From an uncultured Actinomycetes bacterium (GTDB lineage Bacteria > Actinomycetota > Acidimicrobiia > IMCC26256 > DASPTH01), in NCBI GenBank assembly GCA_963720785.1, contig CAVRGQ010000009.1:116162-180161 (forward strand): DNA of 64,000 bases. Direction: 5' to 3'. Shown here piece after piece: positions 28,247-37,529 of this stretch; the stretch's first letter is position 1; the number at the start of each line of letters is the position of its first letter. The notes beneath the pieces were generated by a model that saw only the letters and a list, made by a program, of their open reading frames with translations, ran no database searches and was not told the DNA's origin. The translations under genes and the position numbers were made by a program.

Positions 28247-29062
28247 TCAATCGCCGAAGAGCATGTCGTGGCCCTGGGTGATGAGCTCCACGGCCTGACG
28301 GCGGGGCAGGCCCGCGAGGAGCGACGGACCGGCGCCGTCGGGAACGCCCATCTGCCACGTGGGACCGTCACCCAGGCGCTCGAGCCCCGCACGCGCGACA
28401 TCGGCCGACTCGGCCAGCCCTCCGTGCTGCGCGAGATCCTCCACGGCCACGCCGAACTTGTCGAGGCTGGCGCGCAACGAGGGGGTGTCGGTGGCGCCGA
28501 CCACGAGCGACAGCACGTCGACGTCGTCGCGCTTGAGCTCCGCCCACAGTCCCTCGGCAAAGATCAGGTCGAAGGCCTTGGTGCCGCCGTAGGTGGTGAG
28601 GCGACCGCCGCCGGCCCACGCGGCGCCCGACGTGACGAGGACGATCCCACCCCGTTTGCGCGCCACCATCGGCTGTGCGTAGTGGTGCGACGCGAGCAAC
28701 GGCACCGAGCAGTTGCGCCGCACCATCGCGTGCCACTCCTCGGCCTCGTGGTTCAGGAAGTAGTCGTTGATGGTGTCGGCACCCGCGTTGTACACGAACA
28801 GGCCGACCTCGACCCCTTCGGTCGCCGCGAACAGTTCGGCCTCCGCGCCGGGCGCCGCGAGATCGACCCCCGCGACGCGCGTCTCCACGCCGTGCGCGTC
28901 GCGCAGTTCCGCGGCGAGGGCGTCGAGCTTGTCGACACTGCGGGACACGAGGACGACGTTCACGCCCTCCGCCGCGATCTGCCGGCAGAACTCCGCGCCG
29001 ATCCCCACCGAGGCGCCCGCCACCACTGCCCACGGCCCGTACTTGTCCGAGAAGGTGCTCAT
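28247..29062 (-). CDS. SDR family oxidoreductase
   Basis: WAVVAGASVGIGAEF, NAG, YGGTKAF. ATG at 29062 (residue 37 of ORF 28247-29170). Confidence 0.8.
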   Translation of the reverse strand: MSTFSDKYGPWAVVAGASVGIGAEFCRQIAAEGVNVVLVSRSVDKLDALAAELRDAHGVETRVAGVDLAAPGAEAELFAATEGVEVGLFVYNAGADTINDYFLNHEAEEWHAMVRRNCSVPLLASHHYAQPMVARKRGGIVLVTSGAAWAGGGRLTTYGGTKAFDLIFAEGLWAELKRDDVDVLSLVVGATDTPSLRASLDKFGVAVEDLAQHGGLAESADVARAGLERLGDGPTWQMGVPDGAGPSLLAGLPRRQAVELITQGHDMLFGD

Positions 29063-29115
29063 CTGCGCAAAGTAGTGCCGTAACGATTGTCCCCACCAGA
29101 GAGTCGAAGAGCCCC

Positions 29116-30342
29116 ATGCAGCTCCTCCAAGGTCTTCGCGTCGTCGAGGGATCGGCCTTCGTCGCCGCACCGCTCGGCGGCCTCACCCTCGCCCAACTCG
29201 GCGCCGACGTCATCCGCTTCGACACCATCGGCGGCGGTCTCGACTACCAGCGCTGGCCCGTCACCGAGGAGGGCGTCAGCCTCTACTGGGCCGGCCTCAA
29301 CAAGGGCAAGCGCTCGATCGCCATCGACCTCTCGCGCCCCGAGGGCCGCGAGCTCGCCACCGACCTCATCACCGCGCCCGGCGAGGACGCGGGCATCTTC
29401 CTGTCGAACTTCCCCGGTCACGGCTGGCTGAGCGACGAGCGACTGCGTGAGCGCCGCCCCGACCTCGTGTACCTCAACATCATCGGCAACCCCGACGAGA
29501 GCACCGCGGTCGACTACACGGTCAACGCCGCGTCGGGCATCGCGCTCGCCACCGGCCCCGTCGGTTCGTTGCTCCCCGTGAACCACGCGCTCCCCGCGTG
29601 GGACATCGCGACCGGCCTCAACGCGGTGATCGGCATCCTCGCGGCGGAGCGCCACCGGCGCATCACCGGCGAGGGCCAGTTCGTGCGCCTCTCGCTGGCC
29701 GACGTCGCGTTCACCCTCGTCGCCAACCTCGGCTTCCTCGCGCAGGCGCAGGTGAGCCGCGAGAACCGGCCGCCCCTCGGCAACGACATGTACGGCGCGT
29801 TCGGTCGCGACTTCGCAACGAAGGACGGTCGCCGCGTGATGGTCGTCGCCATCTCGCTGAACCAGTGGCAGACGCTCGTGCGCGCGACCGGCATCGAGGA
29901 ACACCTCCCGCAGATGGAGCGCGCGTTCAACGCCGACTTCACCCGGGAGCAGGACCGCTACCGCGCCCGCGACGCGATCGCCGCGTTGCTCTCGCCGTGG
30001 TTCGAGGCCCGCACCCTGCCCGAGGTGCGCACCGCGCTCGACGAGCACGGCGTGTGCTGGGGCCCGTACCAGACCTTCACGCAACTCATCGACGAGGACT
30101 GGCGCGTCTCCACGCAGAACCACGTGTTCGGCAACGTCGACCACCCCGGCATCGGGCGGCTGCTCACCCCGGCCACCCCCCTGCGCTTCCCCGAGGAGCC
30201 CGCGGTGCCGCCCGCGACCGCGCCCTTGCTCGGCATGCACACCGACGAGGTGCTCGTCGACGTGCTCGGACTCAACGACACGGAGATCGGCAAGCTCCAC
30301 GACTCGGGTCTGGTCGCCACCATGGTGCCGATCGGTGGCTGA
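29116..30342 (+). CDS. Family III CoA-transferase of the mesaconyl-CoA C1-C4 transferase (2-methylfumaryl-CoA isomerase)-like subgroup
   Basis: LRVVEGSAFVAAPLGGLTLAQLGADVIRFDTIGGGLDYQRWP and LPAWDIATG...AERHRRITGEGQ resemble that subgroup from memory. Not searched. Confidence 0.75.
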   Translation: MQLLQGLRVVEGSAFVAAPLGGLTLAQLGADVIRFDTIGGGLDYQRWPVTEEGVSLYWAGLNKGKRSIAIDLSRPEGRELATDLITAPGEDAGIFLSNFPGHGWLSDERLRERRPDLVYLNIIGNPDESTAVDYTVNAASGIALATGPVGSLLPVNHALPAWDIATGLNAVIGILAAERHRRITGEGQFVRLSLADVAFTLVANLGFLAQAQVSRENRPPLGNDMYGAFGRDFATKDGRRVMVVAISLNQWQTLVRATGIEEHLPQMERAFNADFTREQDRYRARDAIAALLSPWFEARTLPEVRTALDEHGVCWGPYQTFTQLIDEDWRVSTQNHVFGNVDHPGIGRLLTPATPLRFPEEPAVPPATAPLLGMHTDEVLVDVLGLNDTEIGKLHDSGLVATMVPIGG

Positions 30343-31201
30343 CCCGTCCACTCTGAAGGGCGCCGCCGAGCCCGCTCCCGAACTGGTCGACGCGGGGTTC
30401 GCCCCCACGTCGGCCACGCTCGTCACCTACGACGCCGCGCACCGTCTCGCGTCGTGCATCGGCGCCGACCCGGCCGTGCTCGAGCTCGGCGAGCTGCCCA
30501 CGCTCTGGCACTGGGCCGCCTTCCTCCCCGAGGTGGCCGCCGCCGACCTCGGCCCCGACGGCCACCCCCGTCGTCGCCCGGAGATGGCTGGCTTCCCGAA
30601 CCGCATGTGGGTCGGCGGCCGCGTGCAGGTGCACCGAGCCCTCCGGCTCGAGGCCCACGCGGCCCGCGAGAGCCGGATCCTGTCGGCCGCGCCCAAGGAA
30701 GGTGGTTCCGGCCGGTTCTGGTTGCTGACCGTCGGCCACACCATCACGCAGGACGGCGACGTGTGCATCGAGGAGGAGCAGGACCTCGTGCTGCGGGAGG
30801 CCTCCGGCCCCGTGCCGCCGGTCGTGCCCGCCGCGGGTGAGCCCGAGGCGCCGTGGGTCGAGGCCCGGGTCGCCGAACCGCCGCTGCTGTTCCGTTTCTC
30901 CGCGGCCACCGCCAACGCCCACCGCATCCACTACGACCACCCCTACGCCACCGGCGTCGAGGGGTACCCCGACCTCGTGGTGCACGGCCCCCTCACCGCG
31001 ATCCTTCTCGCCGAGCTGGCGCGGTCGCGCAGCGGCGAGATGGCCACCGGCGTCTCGTTCCGGGCCCGGGCCCCCCACTTCGCCAACCAGACGTTCTGGC
31101 TCACCGGCGGACTGGTCGACGGCGACTCGGGTCGCGGCGCCGACACCGCGGCAATTCGGGCGGATCACTCGGTGTCCATGACCCTCGAGGCGCGCTGGTA
31201 G
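30335..31201 (+). CDS. MaoC-like (double hot-dog) acyl-CoA hydratase
   Basis: 288 aa with FRFSAATANAHRIHYDHPYATGVEGYPDLVVHGPL. The GTG start overlaps the upstream gene by 8 nt. Confidence 0.7.
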   Translation: MADPSTLKGAAEPAPELVDAGFAPTSATLVTYDAAHRLASCIGADPAVLELGELPTLWHWAAFLPEVAAADLGPDGHPRRRPEMAGFPNRMWVGGRVQVHRALRLEAHAARESRILSAAPKEGGSGRFWLLTVGHTITQDGDVCIEEEQDLVLREASGPVPPVVPAAGEPEAPWVEARVAEPPLLFRFSAATANAHRIHYDHPYATGVEGYPDLVVHGPLTAILLAELARSRSGEMATGVSFRARAPHFANQTFWLTGGLVDGDSGRGADTAAIRADHSVSMTLEARW

Positions 31202-31224
31202 GGGGAGCTACCTCCACCGCTGGA

Positions 31225-32967
31225 TCAGCGGGCGCCTCGCACGAGACGGCCCGGGCGGGCACCGGTGTCGGCGTCGTCCTTGCGGGTGACGACCCCGCCC
31301 ACGATGGTGTAGCGGTAGCCCTCGGCCCCCTGGAGGAGACGCGCACCACCCGCGGGGAGGTCGTGCTCCACACGCGGCTGCAGCAGCTTCAGCGCGTCGA
31401 GATCGATCACGTTGAGGTCGGCGCGCTTGCCCGCCTCGAGCGTGCCGCGGTCGCCGAGGCCGTAGAGCTCGGCGGTGTCGTGCGTCTGCATCTTCACTGC
31501 CGCCTCGAGACTCAGGCGCGGGCCTCGCGTGCGGCCCTTGACCCAGTGCGACAACTGGTACGTGGGCATCGACGCGTCGCAGATGGTCGCGAGGTGCGCG
31601 CCGCCATCGCCGAGACCGGGCACCGACGCGGGGTGCGTGAGCATCTCGTACACGGCGTCGTGGTCGCCCTTGGCGTAGTTGAAGAACGGCAGCACGAACA
31701 TGCGCTTGCCGTCGGCATCGAGCATCGTGTCGTACACGTACTCCTCGGGGCTCACCCCGGCGGCCTCCGCGCGCGCCGCCACCGACTTGTCGGCGGTGGG
31801 CTCGTAGTCGAGGTCGTCCTCGAGCGGGAAGCACATGAAGGCGAGCGTCACGGGGAGCTGGCCCATCGTGTCGTACGCGCCGCCGGTGGCGACGGTGTCC
31901 TCCTCGGACAGGATGGCCGCCTTCACCTCGGGCTTCGCCAACTCGGCGACCAGTGCGTCGAGGGAACCGGCCCGCTCCTTCGCCGCGACGTAGGACGCGC
32001 GCGCGGTGAACGGGTGGCGGTTGGTGAGGCCGAGCAGCATGCCGAACGGCCGGTTGGCGACCTGGGCGACGATGACCGCGCCGTCGGCGCGCGCCTCCCA
32101 GGCGGCGTCGAGCAGCTCCTTCCACAGGTCGGGCGCCTGCATGCTCTGCAGCTGGAGGAATGACACCGGCAGACCGAACTGCGCCGAGAGGCGGCGCATC
32201 CAGTCGAGCTCCTTGATCGCCGCCTCGGCGTCCTGACCGTCGGCGCCCGACTGCGCGAGCTGGAACACCGAGTACGGCGCGTCCGACATCGCCGCGGCGA
32301 TGCCGAACAGCTCGTCCTCGCCGGCGAAGGTGCCGGGCACCTGCGAACCGTCGGACGTGGTGTGCGCGAGGACGCGCGAGGTCGAGAAGCCGAGCGCGCC
32401 GGCGTCGATCCCTTCACGCACGATGCGGCCCATCTCGTCGATGTCGGCGTTGGTGGCCTCTTCGTTCTTGACGCCGCGCTCGCCCATCACGTAGGTGCGG
32501 ACCGCGATGTGGCCGATCTGCGTGGCGACGTCCATCGAGTAGCTGCGCGACTCGAGGAAGTCGAGGTACTCGGGGAAGGTCTCCCACTTCCAGGGCAGCC
32601 CGGCGCGCAGCACGTCGCCGGGGATGTCCTCCACGCACTCCATCGTCTCGACGAGGCGGTCGTGGTCCTCGGGGCGGGCCGGCGCGAAACCGAGGCCACA
32701 CGAGCCGAGCACCACGGTGGTGACACCGTGGCTCGCCGACGGGTCGAGCACGTCGTCGAAGGTGGCCTGGCCGTCGAAGTGGGTGTGCACGTCGACGAAG
32801 CCGGGCGTGATCACGAGGCCCTCGGCGTCGATCACCTCGCGGGCGTCGCCGCGCACGGTGCCACCCACCTGCGCGAGCACGCCGTCGGTGATCGCGATGT
32901 CGCCGACGTGCTGCGCGGCGCCGGTGCCGTCGACGATCGTGCCGTTGCGGATGATCAGGTCGTACAT
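31225..32967 (-). CDS. D-aminoacylase / N-acyl-D-amino-acid deacylase family amidohydrolase (intact copy)
   Basis: MYDLIIRNGTIVDGTG, GFVDVHTHFDG, GDGGAH, GKRADLNVIDLD. ATG at 32967 (residue 88 of ORF 31225-33228). Confidence 0.85.
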   Translation of the reverse strand: MYDLIIRNGTIVDGTGAAQHVGDIAITDGVLAQVGGTVRGDAREVIDAEGLVITPGFVDVHTHFDGQATFDDVLDPSASHGVTTVVLGSCGLGFAPARPEDHDRLVETMECVEDIPGDVLRAGLPWKWETFPEYLDFLESRSYSMDVATQIGHIAVRTYVMGERGVKNEEATNADIDEMGRIVREGIDAGALGFSTSRVLAHTTSDGSQVPGTFAGEDELFGIAAAMSDAPYSVFQLAQSGADGQDAEAAIKELDWMRRLSAQFGLPVSFLQLQSMQAPDLWKELLDAAWEARADGAVIVAQVANRPFGMLLGLTNRHPFTARASYVAAKERAGSLDALVAELAKPEVKAAILSEEDTVATGGAYDTMGQLPVTLAFMCFPLEDDLDYEPTADKSVAARAEAAGVSPEEYVYDTMLDADGKRMFVLPFFNYAKGDHDAVYEMLTHPASVPGLGDGGAHLATICDASMPTYQLSHWVKGRTRGPRLSLEAAVKMQTHDTAELYGLGDRGTLEAGKRADLNVIDLDALKLLQPRVEHDLPAGGARLLQGAEGYRYTIVGGVVTRKDDADTGARPGRLVRGAR

Positions 32968-33038
32968 GGGCGTGCTCTCCCCCGATGCCGCTCGCACTGC
33001 TGCAAGCTGGTGCTCTCCTGAGGTGTCGATTGTCGCAT

Positions 33039-33095
33039 GTTGCATGACGCATCGCAACGCGTTGCACATTGCAACGCCATGTTGCACAATGCAAC
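33039..33095. promoter_or_regulatory. Operator-like palindrome array GTTGCA-N3-TGCAAC
   Basis: Perfect 15 bp palindromes gttgcacattgcaac (33061-33075) and gttgcacaatgcaac (33081-33095), exactly 20 bp apart. A degenerate copy gttgcatgacgcatcgcaac lies at 33039-33058. All sit in the 130 bp divergent spacer. Confidence 0.45.
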
Positions 33096-33097
33096 GC

Positions 33098-33898
33098 ATG
33101 CCCCGCCCGTCTCCGCAGACCGACCGGGTCGTCGCCGTCTTGAACCTGCTCGGCCACGACGACGCGGGCTTGACCGCCAGCGACATCGCCCGCCGGGTGG
33201 GTGCGAACCGGGCGTCGTGCGTGCACATGCTCGCCGCGCTCGAGGCCGCCGGCTTCGTGGCCCGGGGTGCGGTCGACCGCCGCTACCGGCTCGGGCCCGC
33301 GCTGGTGGGGCTGGGCGCTGCCGCGGCGAGGGCGTTTCCCGGGCTCGAGACCGCCCGGCGCGAGCTCGACGAGCTCACCCGCACCACGGGCTACCCGAGC
33401 TTCGCCTTCACCCGTGAGGGCGAGCACGCCCGTCTGCTCGCGTTCACGTGGGACCTGCGCCGAGCCGCCCCCGCGATGCGTACCGGCGACACGATCCTGC
33501 TCGCGCCACCCCTCGGCAGCGTGTTCTTCGCCTGGGGCGCCGCGGCCGACGTCGACGAGTGGATCGGGCGCGGCGCGGGCGACGCCGACGCGAACGGCGA
33601 CGCACTGCGCGACGTGCTCGACGCGGTGCGACGACTCGGCTTCGTGGTGGAGCTGCTGCCCGAGCAACTGGTCGAGGCGACGACGGGCGGCGCACAGCTC
33701 GACGTCCACGGGTTCGTGGCGCAGGAGCTGCGCGACGCCGAGCGCTACCAGGTGAGCTCGGTCAGCGTGCCGGTGTTCGCGGCCGACGGCGGTGTCGCGC
33801 TCGCCCTCAACCTCGCCGGCTTCACCGGAACGCTCACCGCGCGCGAGGTGCGCGACCTCGCTGCCGCGTTGCAGGTGGCCGCCGCTCGTTGCGGTTGA
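33098..33898 (+). CDS. IclR family transcriptional regulator (alternative ATG at 33089)
   Basis: TDRVVAVLNLLGHDDAGLTASDIARRVGANRASCVHMLAALEAAGFV, plus a C-terminal effector-domain pattern. Confidence 0.85.
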   Translation: MPRPSPQTDRVVAVLNLLGHDDAGLTASDIARRVGANRASCVHMLAALEAAGFVARGAVDRRYRLGPALVGLGAAAARAFPGLETARRELDELTRTTGYPSFAFTREGEHARLLAFTWDLRRAAPAMRTGDTILLAPPLGSVFFAWGAAADVDEWIGRGAGDADANGDALRDVLDAVRRLGFVVELLPEQLVEATTGGAQLDVHGFVAQELRDAERYQVSSVSVPVFAADGGVALALNLAGFTGTLTAREVRDLAAALQVAAARCG

Positions 33899-33930
33899 CG
33901 TGCTGCGGCGCGCTCTGGTCAGCGTGCTGG

Positions 33931-34062
33931 TCAGCGCTCGGGCAGGCTCTCGTCGCGCAGTGCGGCGCGGACCTCTTCTGCGCAGGGTCCGGCCAGCAGG
34001 CGGGCCACCACCCGGCGGTAGGCCGCGAGCTCGGTGACGATCTCGTACTCGGCGTCGCTCAT
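33931..34062 (-). CDS. Possible small ORF (43 aa)
   Basis: Hand translation MSDAEYEIVTELAAYRRVVARLLAGPCAEEVRAALRDESLPER. Strong G/C at third codon positions. Below the ORF-track size cutoff. No homology known. Confidence 0.25.
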   Translation of the reverse strand: MSDAEYEIVTELAAYRRVVARLLAGPCAEEVRAALRDESLPER

Positions 34063-34081
34063 GCGCGCACTGTACGAGCGC

Positions 34082-34639
34082 TCACGCGATGCCGGGAAGC
34101 CCGTCGACCGATGTCACGTTCTTGACGGTCCAGTACTCGGCGACGCCGTCGCGACCCTTGCGGTCGGCCCACTCGACCAGCTGGTCGCGATCGGCGACGA
34201 GCTCCATGCGCGGCACCGCGTAGCCACACGAGTCGCCGACGCGGTCCACCTCCACCACGACGATCGAGCGCAGCCCGACGTGCAGGTGCGCGCTGTCGGG
34301 GAAGCGCGCGAGCAGCGCGTCGAATTCCGGGTCGTCGGGCATCACCGCGCGTCCCTTCCCCTGGACGCGCACGATGCGCGGCGGTCCGTCGAACGCACAC
34401 CACATCAACGTGATGCGACCGTTCTCCCGGAGGTGGGCGATCGTCTCCACGCCGCTGCCGGTGAGGTCGAGGTACGCGACCTGGAGCGGGCCGAGCACCG
34501 CGAAGGTGCCGGCGAGGCCCTTCGGCGACACGTTGACGTGCCCGTCGCCGGTGAGCGGCGCGGTGCCCACGAAGAACATCGGCTGCGCCGAGATCCACTC
34601 CGCGATCGTGTCGTCGATCTGTGCGTGCGTGCGACCCAT
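34082..34639 (-). CDS. Pyridoxamine 5-prime-phosphate oxidase (PPOX) family flavin/deazaflavin-binding protein (alternative ATG at 34690)
   Basis: IAEWISAQPMFFVGTAPL..GHVNVSPKG...ENGRITLMWCAF. ATG at 34639 (residue 328 of ORF 34082-35620). Confidence 0.7.
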   Translation of the reverse strand: MGRTHAQIDDTIAEWISAQPMFFVGTAPLTGDGHVNVSPKGLAGTFAVLGPLQVAYLDLTGSGVETIAHLRENGRITLMWCAFDGPPRIVRVQGKGRAVMPDDPEFDALLARFPDSAHLHVGLRSIVVVEVDRVGDSCGYAVPRMELVADRDQLVEWADRKGRDGVAEYWTVKNVTSVDGLPGIA

Positions 34640-34735
34640 GAGCGCGAGGCTACGACGGCAGGTCACGCGGACGGGGCCGGATTTGCTCATCAATTTGTCG
34701 TGCGAAGGGCTTGCAGTCGGTGTCCGTTTTGTTCT

Positions 34736-35960
34736 ATGATCGAACACGTGTTCGTATCCGATCTCCTCGACCAGGTAACGGCCGGTGTGTCCGGTCTGCT
34801 GAGCGAGGACTGGGACGCGTACAGCGAAGGGGCCCTGGCCGATCACCTCGCGGTGATGGCCGAGCAGCTCGAGCGGATGCACGCCGCGGTGCTCGGCTGC
34901 GCCGCCGCGTGGGACGGCCACAAGGCGTGGGCGTTCGACGCGGCGCCCAGCGCGCCGACCTGGCTGGTCGCGAACTGCGCGATGACCCGCCCGACTGCGA
35001 CGCGCCTGGTGCGTACCGGCGCGGCACCTGCGCGGCAACGAACGCACCGCGAAGGCGTTGGCGGCGGGTGACGTGAAGGTCGAACACGTCGAGACCATCG
35101 CGAAGGTCGCCCACGGCCGTGAGGACCTCGCGCGGAAGCACGAAGACGCACTCCTCGGTGCCGCGACACGCGTCGGTCCCGACGACTTCGTGAAGGTCGC
35201 GCGGCGTTGGGCCGAGCTCGCCGACGACGTCCTCGCCAAGGCCAAGGGCAAGCACAACTGGGAACGTCGCCACCTCCACGTCTCCCCCGTCATGGGCGGG
35301 GGACGCATCGACGGCTTCGTCGACCCCGAAGCCACCGCGATCATCACCGCCGCCCTCGACGCGCTCGTCCCTCCCGACCCGAAGGACGGACCCGAACCGC
35401 CCCGCACCCTGTCGCAACGACGCGCCGACGCCTTCGTCGAGATGTGCCAACGCTCCCTCGGCACCAGCGCGCCGAGCTCGCGAGCGAAGAGCAACGTCGA
35501 CATCGTCATCGACGCCGACACCGCCACCGGCAAGGCACCCACCGACCTCCTCCACACCCGCTGCGACGTCGGCGGAGGCGGAGGCGGCGGCATCCTCTCG
35601 AAGGCCGCAGTCGAACGCATCCTGTGCGACTCCGCCGCCGGCTACGCCGTCATCCGGCGGCCCTTCGCACGCGATCTCGCCCGCCAGGCCTCCGAAGTCC
35701 TCGACCTCGGACGCCGCACCCGCGAACCCAGCCCCGCGCAACGACGCGCCGTCATGCTGCGCGACGAACACTGCCAATACCCCCGATGCCGCGCCCCCAT
35801 CAGCTGGTGCGACCTCCACCACCTCGAACCGTGGGAACACGGCGGGCCCACCGACCTCGACAACCTCACCGCACTCTGCCGACGCCACCACGTCACCGTC
35901 CACGAAGGCGGCCACCGCCTCATCCGCGGCCCCGACGGCGGGATCATCCAGCGGGCGTGA
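34736..35960 (+). CDS. DUF222 / HNH endonuclease (mycobacterial 13E12-repeat-like). Frame broken near 35020.
   Basis: N-terminal DUF222-like LAVMAEQLERMHAAVLGCAAAWD. C-terminal HNH region RDEHCQYPRCRAPISWCDLHHLEPWEHGGPTDLDNLTALCRRHH. Confidence 0.75.
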
Positions 35961-36092
35961 CGCCACGCATGGTTACACGCGAGACCGCGACACGGACAGC
36001 GCGGGAGTCTTCGCGAGCGTCTGGAACACCACGCAGGAGTGCTCGGTGAGGTCGAGCAGGGTGTCGCGGCAGTGTGTCCGATGCCCCTTCGC

Positions 36093-36136
36093 TTGACATC
36101 CTATCGACGATAGGTAAACTCCCTATCGATGATAGG
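36093..36136 (+). promoter_or_regulatory. Candidate promoter with two CCTATC-N3-GATAGG operators for the TetR gene
   Basis: TTGACA (36093-36098), 16 nt spacer, TAAACT (36115-36120). Palindromes cctatcgacgatagg (36100-36114) and cctatcgatgatagg (36122-36136). The second contains the ATG at 36129. Confidence 0.4.
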
Positions 36137-36713
36137 AACCAAGGTCCAACAGCGCCGCGACGACCGCATCGCCGAGATCGTGTCGGCCGCGTGGGACCTC
36201 GCCCGGGAGGAGGGCGTGGCCGGCATCTCGCTGCACGGCCTCGCCCGCAAGGTGGGGATGCGCCAGCCCTCGCTCTACTCCTACTTCGACTCGAAGCACG
36301 CGCTGTACGACGCGATGTTCGCCGACGGCAACCGCCGCCTGCTGGCAGTGCTCGACGCCCTCGACCTTCCCGACGACGCACGCGAGGCGGGCAAGGTGCA
36401 CACCCGCGCGTTCGTGCAGTTCTCCCTCGACCACCCCGAGGTGCACGCCTTGTTGTTCACCCGCCCCATCCCCGGCTTCGAGCCGTCGGAGGAGTCCTAC
36501 GGGGTGGCGCAACAGGTGCTCGACGGCGCGGTGGCGCTGATGCACGCCGCCGGGGTCACCGACCAGGGTGACGTCGACTGCATGGTCGCGATGATCGCGG
36601 GTCTCCTCTCCGCGCAACTCACCAACGACCCCGGTGGCGACCGCTGGGTGCGCCACCTCGACCGGCTCGTCGACCTCTACGTCGACGACGCACTGGCAAG
36701 GAGCGATCGATGA
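36129..36713 (+). CDS. TetR family transcriptional regulator
   Basis: RIAEIVSAAWDLAREEGVAGISLHGLARKVGMRQPSLYSYFDSKHALYDAMF. Confidence 0.85.
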   Translation: MIGTKVQQRRDDRIAEIVSAAWDLAREEGVAGISLHGLARKVGMRQPSLYSYFDSKHALYDAMFADGNRRLLAVLDALDLPDDAREAGKVHTRAFVQFSLDHPEVHALLFTRPIPGFEPSEESYGVAQQVLDGAVALMHAAGVTDQGDVDCMVAMIAGLLSAQLTNDPGGDRWVRHLDRLVDLYVDDALARSDR

Positions 36714-37476
36714 CCGTCACCCCCACGACCGGGTCCGGCGTGCGCATCGGGCGTGCCGAGGCGAAGGTGCTCGCGCTCGAGGAGTTCCGTCGCTACGGCG
36801 CGCTGTGCGCGTCGCTCGCGCCCGAGGAATGGGCCGCGCCGACCGACTGCACGTTGTGGGACGTGCGCAAGATGTCGCTGCACGTGCTCGGCGCCGCCGA
36901 CGCGCAGGCATCGGTGAAGGAGTTCGTCCACCAGTTCACGAAGGGCACCCGCCTCGCCAAGGAGATCGAGGACTCGCACCACTTCGTCGACGGCGTGAAC
37001 GAGCTGCAGATCCGTGAACGCGCGCACCTGTCGAACGCAGAGCTGGTCGCGCAGCTGCAAGCGGTTGGGCCGAAGGCGGTCAAGGGCCGATGGGGCACTC
37101 CCCCGCCGATGCGCTACCTGCCGATCCCCATCGGTCCACCGGTCGGGTGGAAGCCGCTGAAGTACCTGCTCGACGTCGGCTTCACCCGCGACGTCTTCGC
37201 CCACCGCATCGACATCTGCGCGGCGCTCGGTCGCGACATGGAGCTCACCCCCGAGCACGACGGCCGCCTGATCGCCGACATGGTCGGCGAGTGGGGCGAC
37301 CTGCACGACCTGTCGTACGAGCTGGTGCTCACCGGGCCGGCCGGCGGCACCTTCACCCGCGGCTCCGACGCGGCGGGCGGCGCGTGACCGAGCTCGACGC
37401 GGTCGAGTTCGTGCGGGTGATCTCCGGCCGCAGTCCCGATCACGGGATCGTGCGCTCCAACTCACTCCCGCTCTGA
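36710..37476 (+). CDS. DinB/MDMPI-type (mycothiol-dependent maleylpyruvate isomerase family) protein. Frame broken near 37380.
   Basis: APEEWAAPTDCTLWDVRKMSLHVLG. The tail ELDAVEFVRVISGRSP is in the 37090-37476 frame. ATGA overlap with the TetR stop. Confidence 0.65.
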
Positions 37477-37529
37477 TCCAACCGGAACCACTCGGAATCA
37501 CTCGCAACCACTCAGGACAAGGAGTCACC

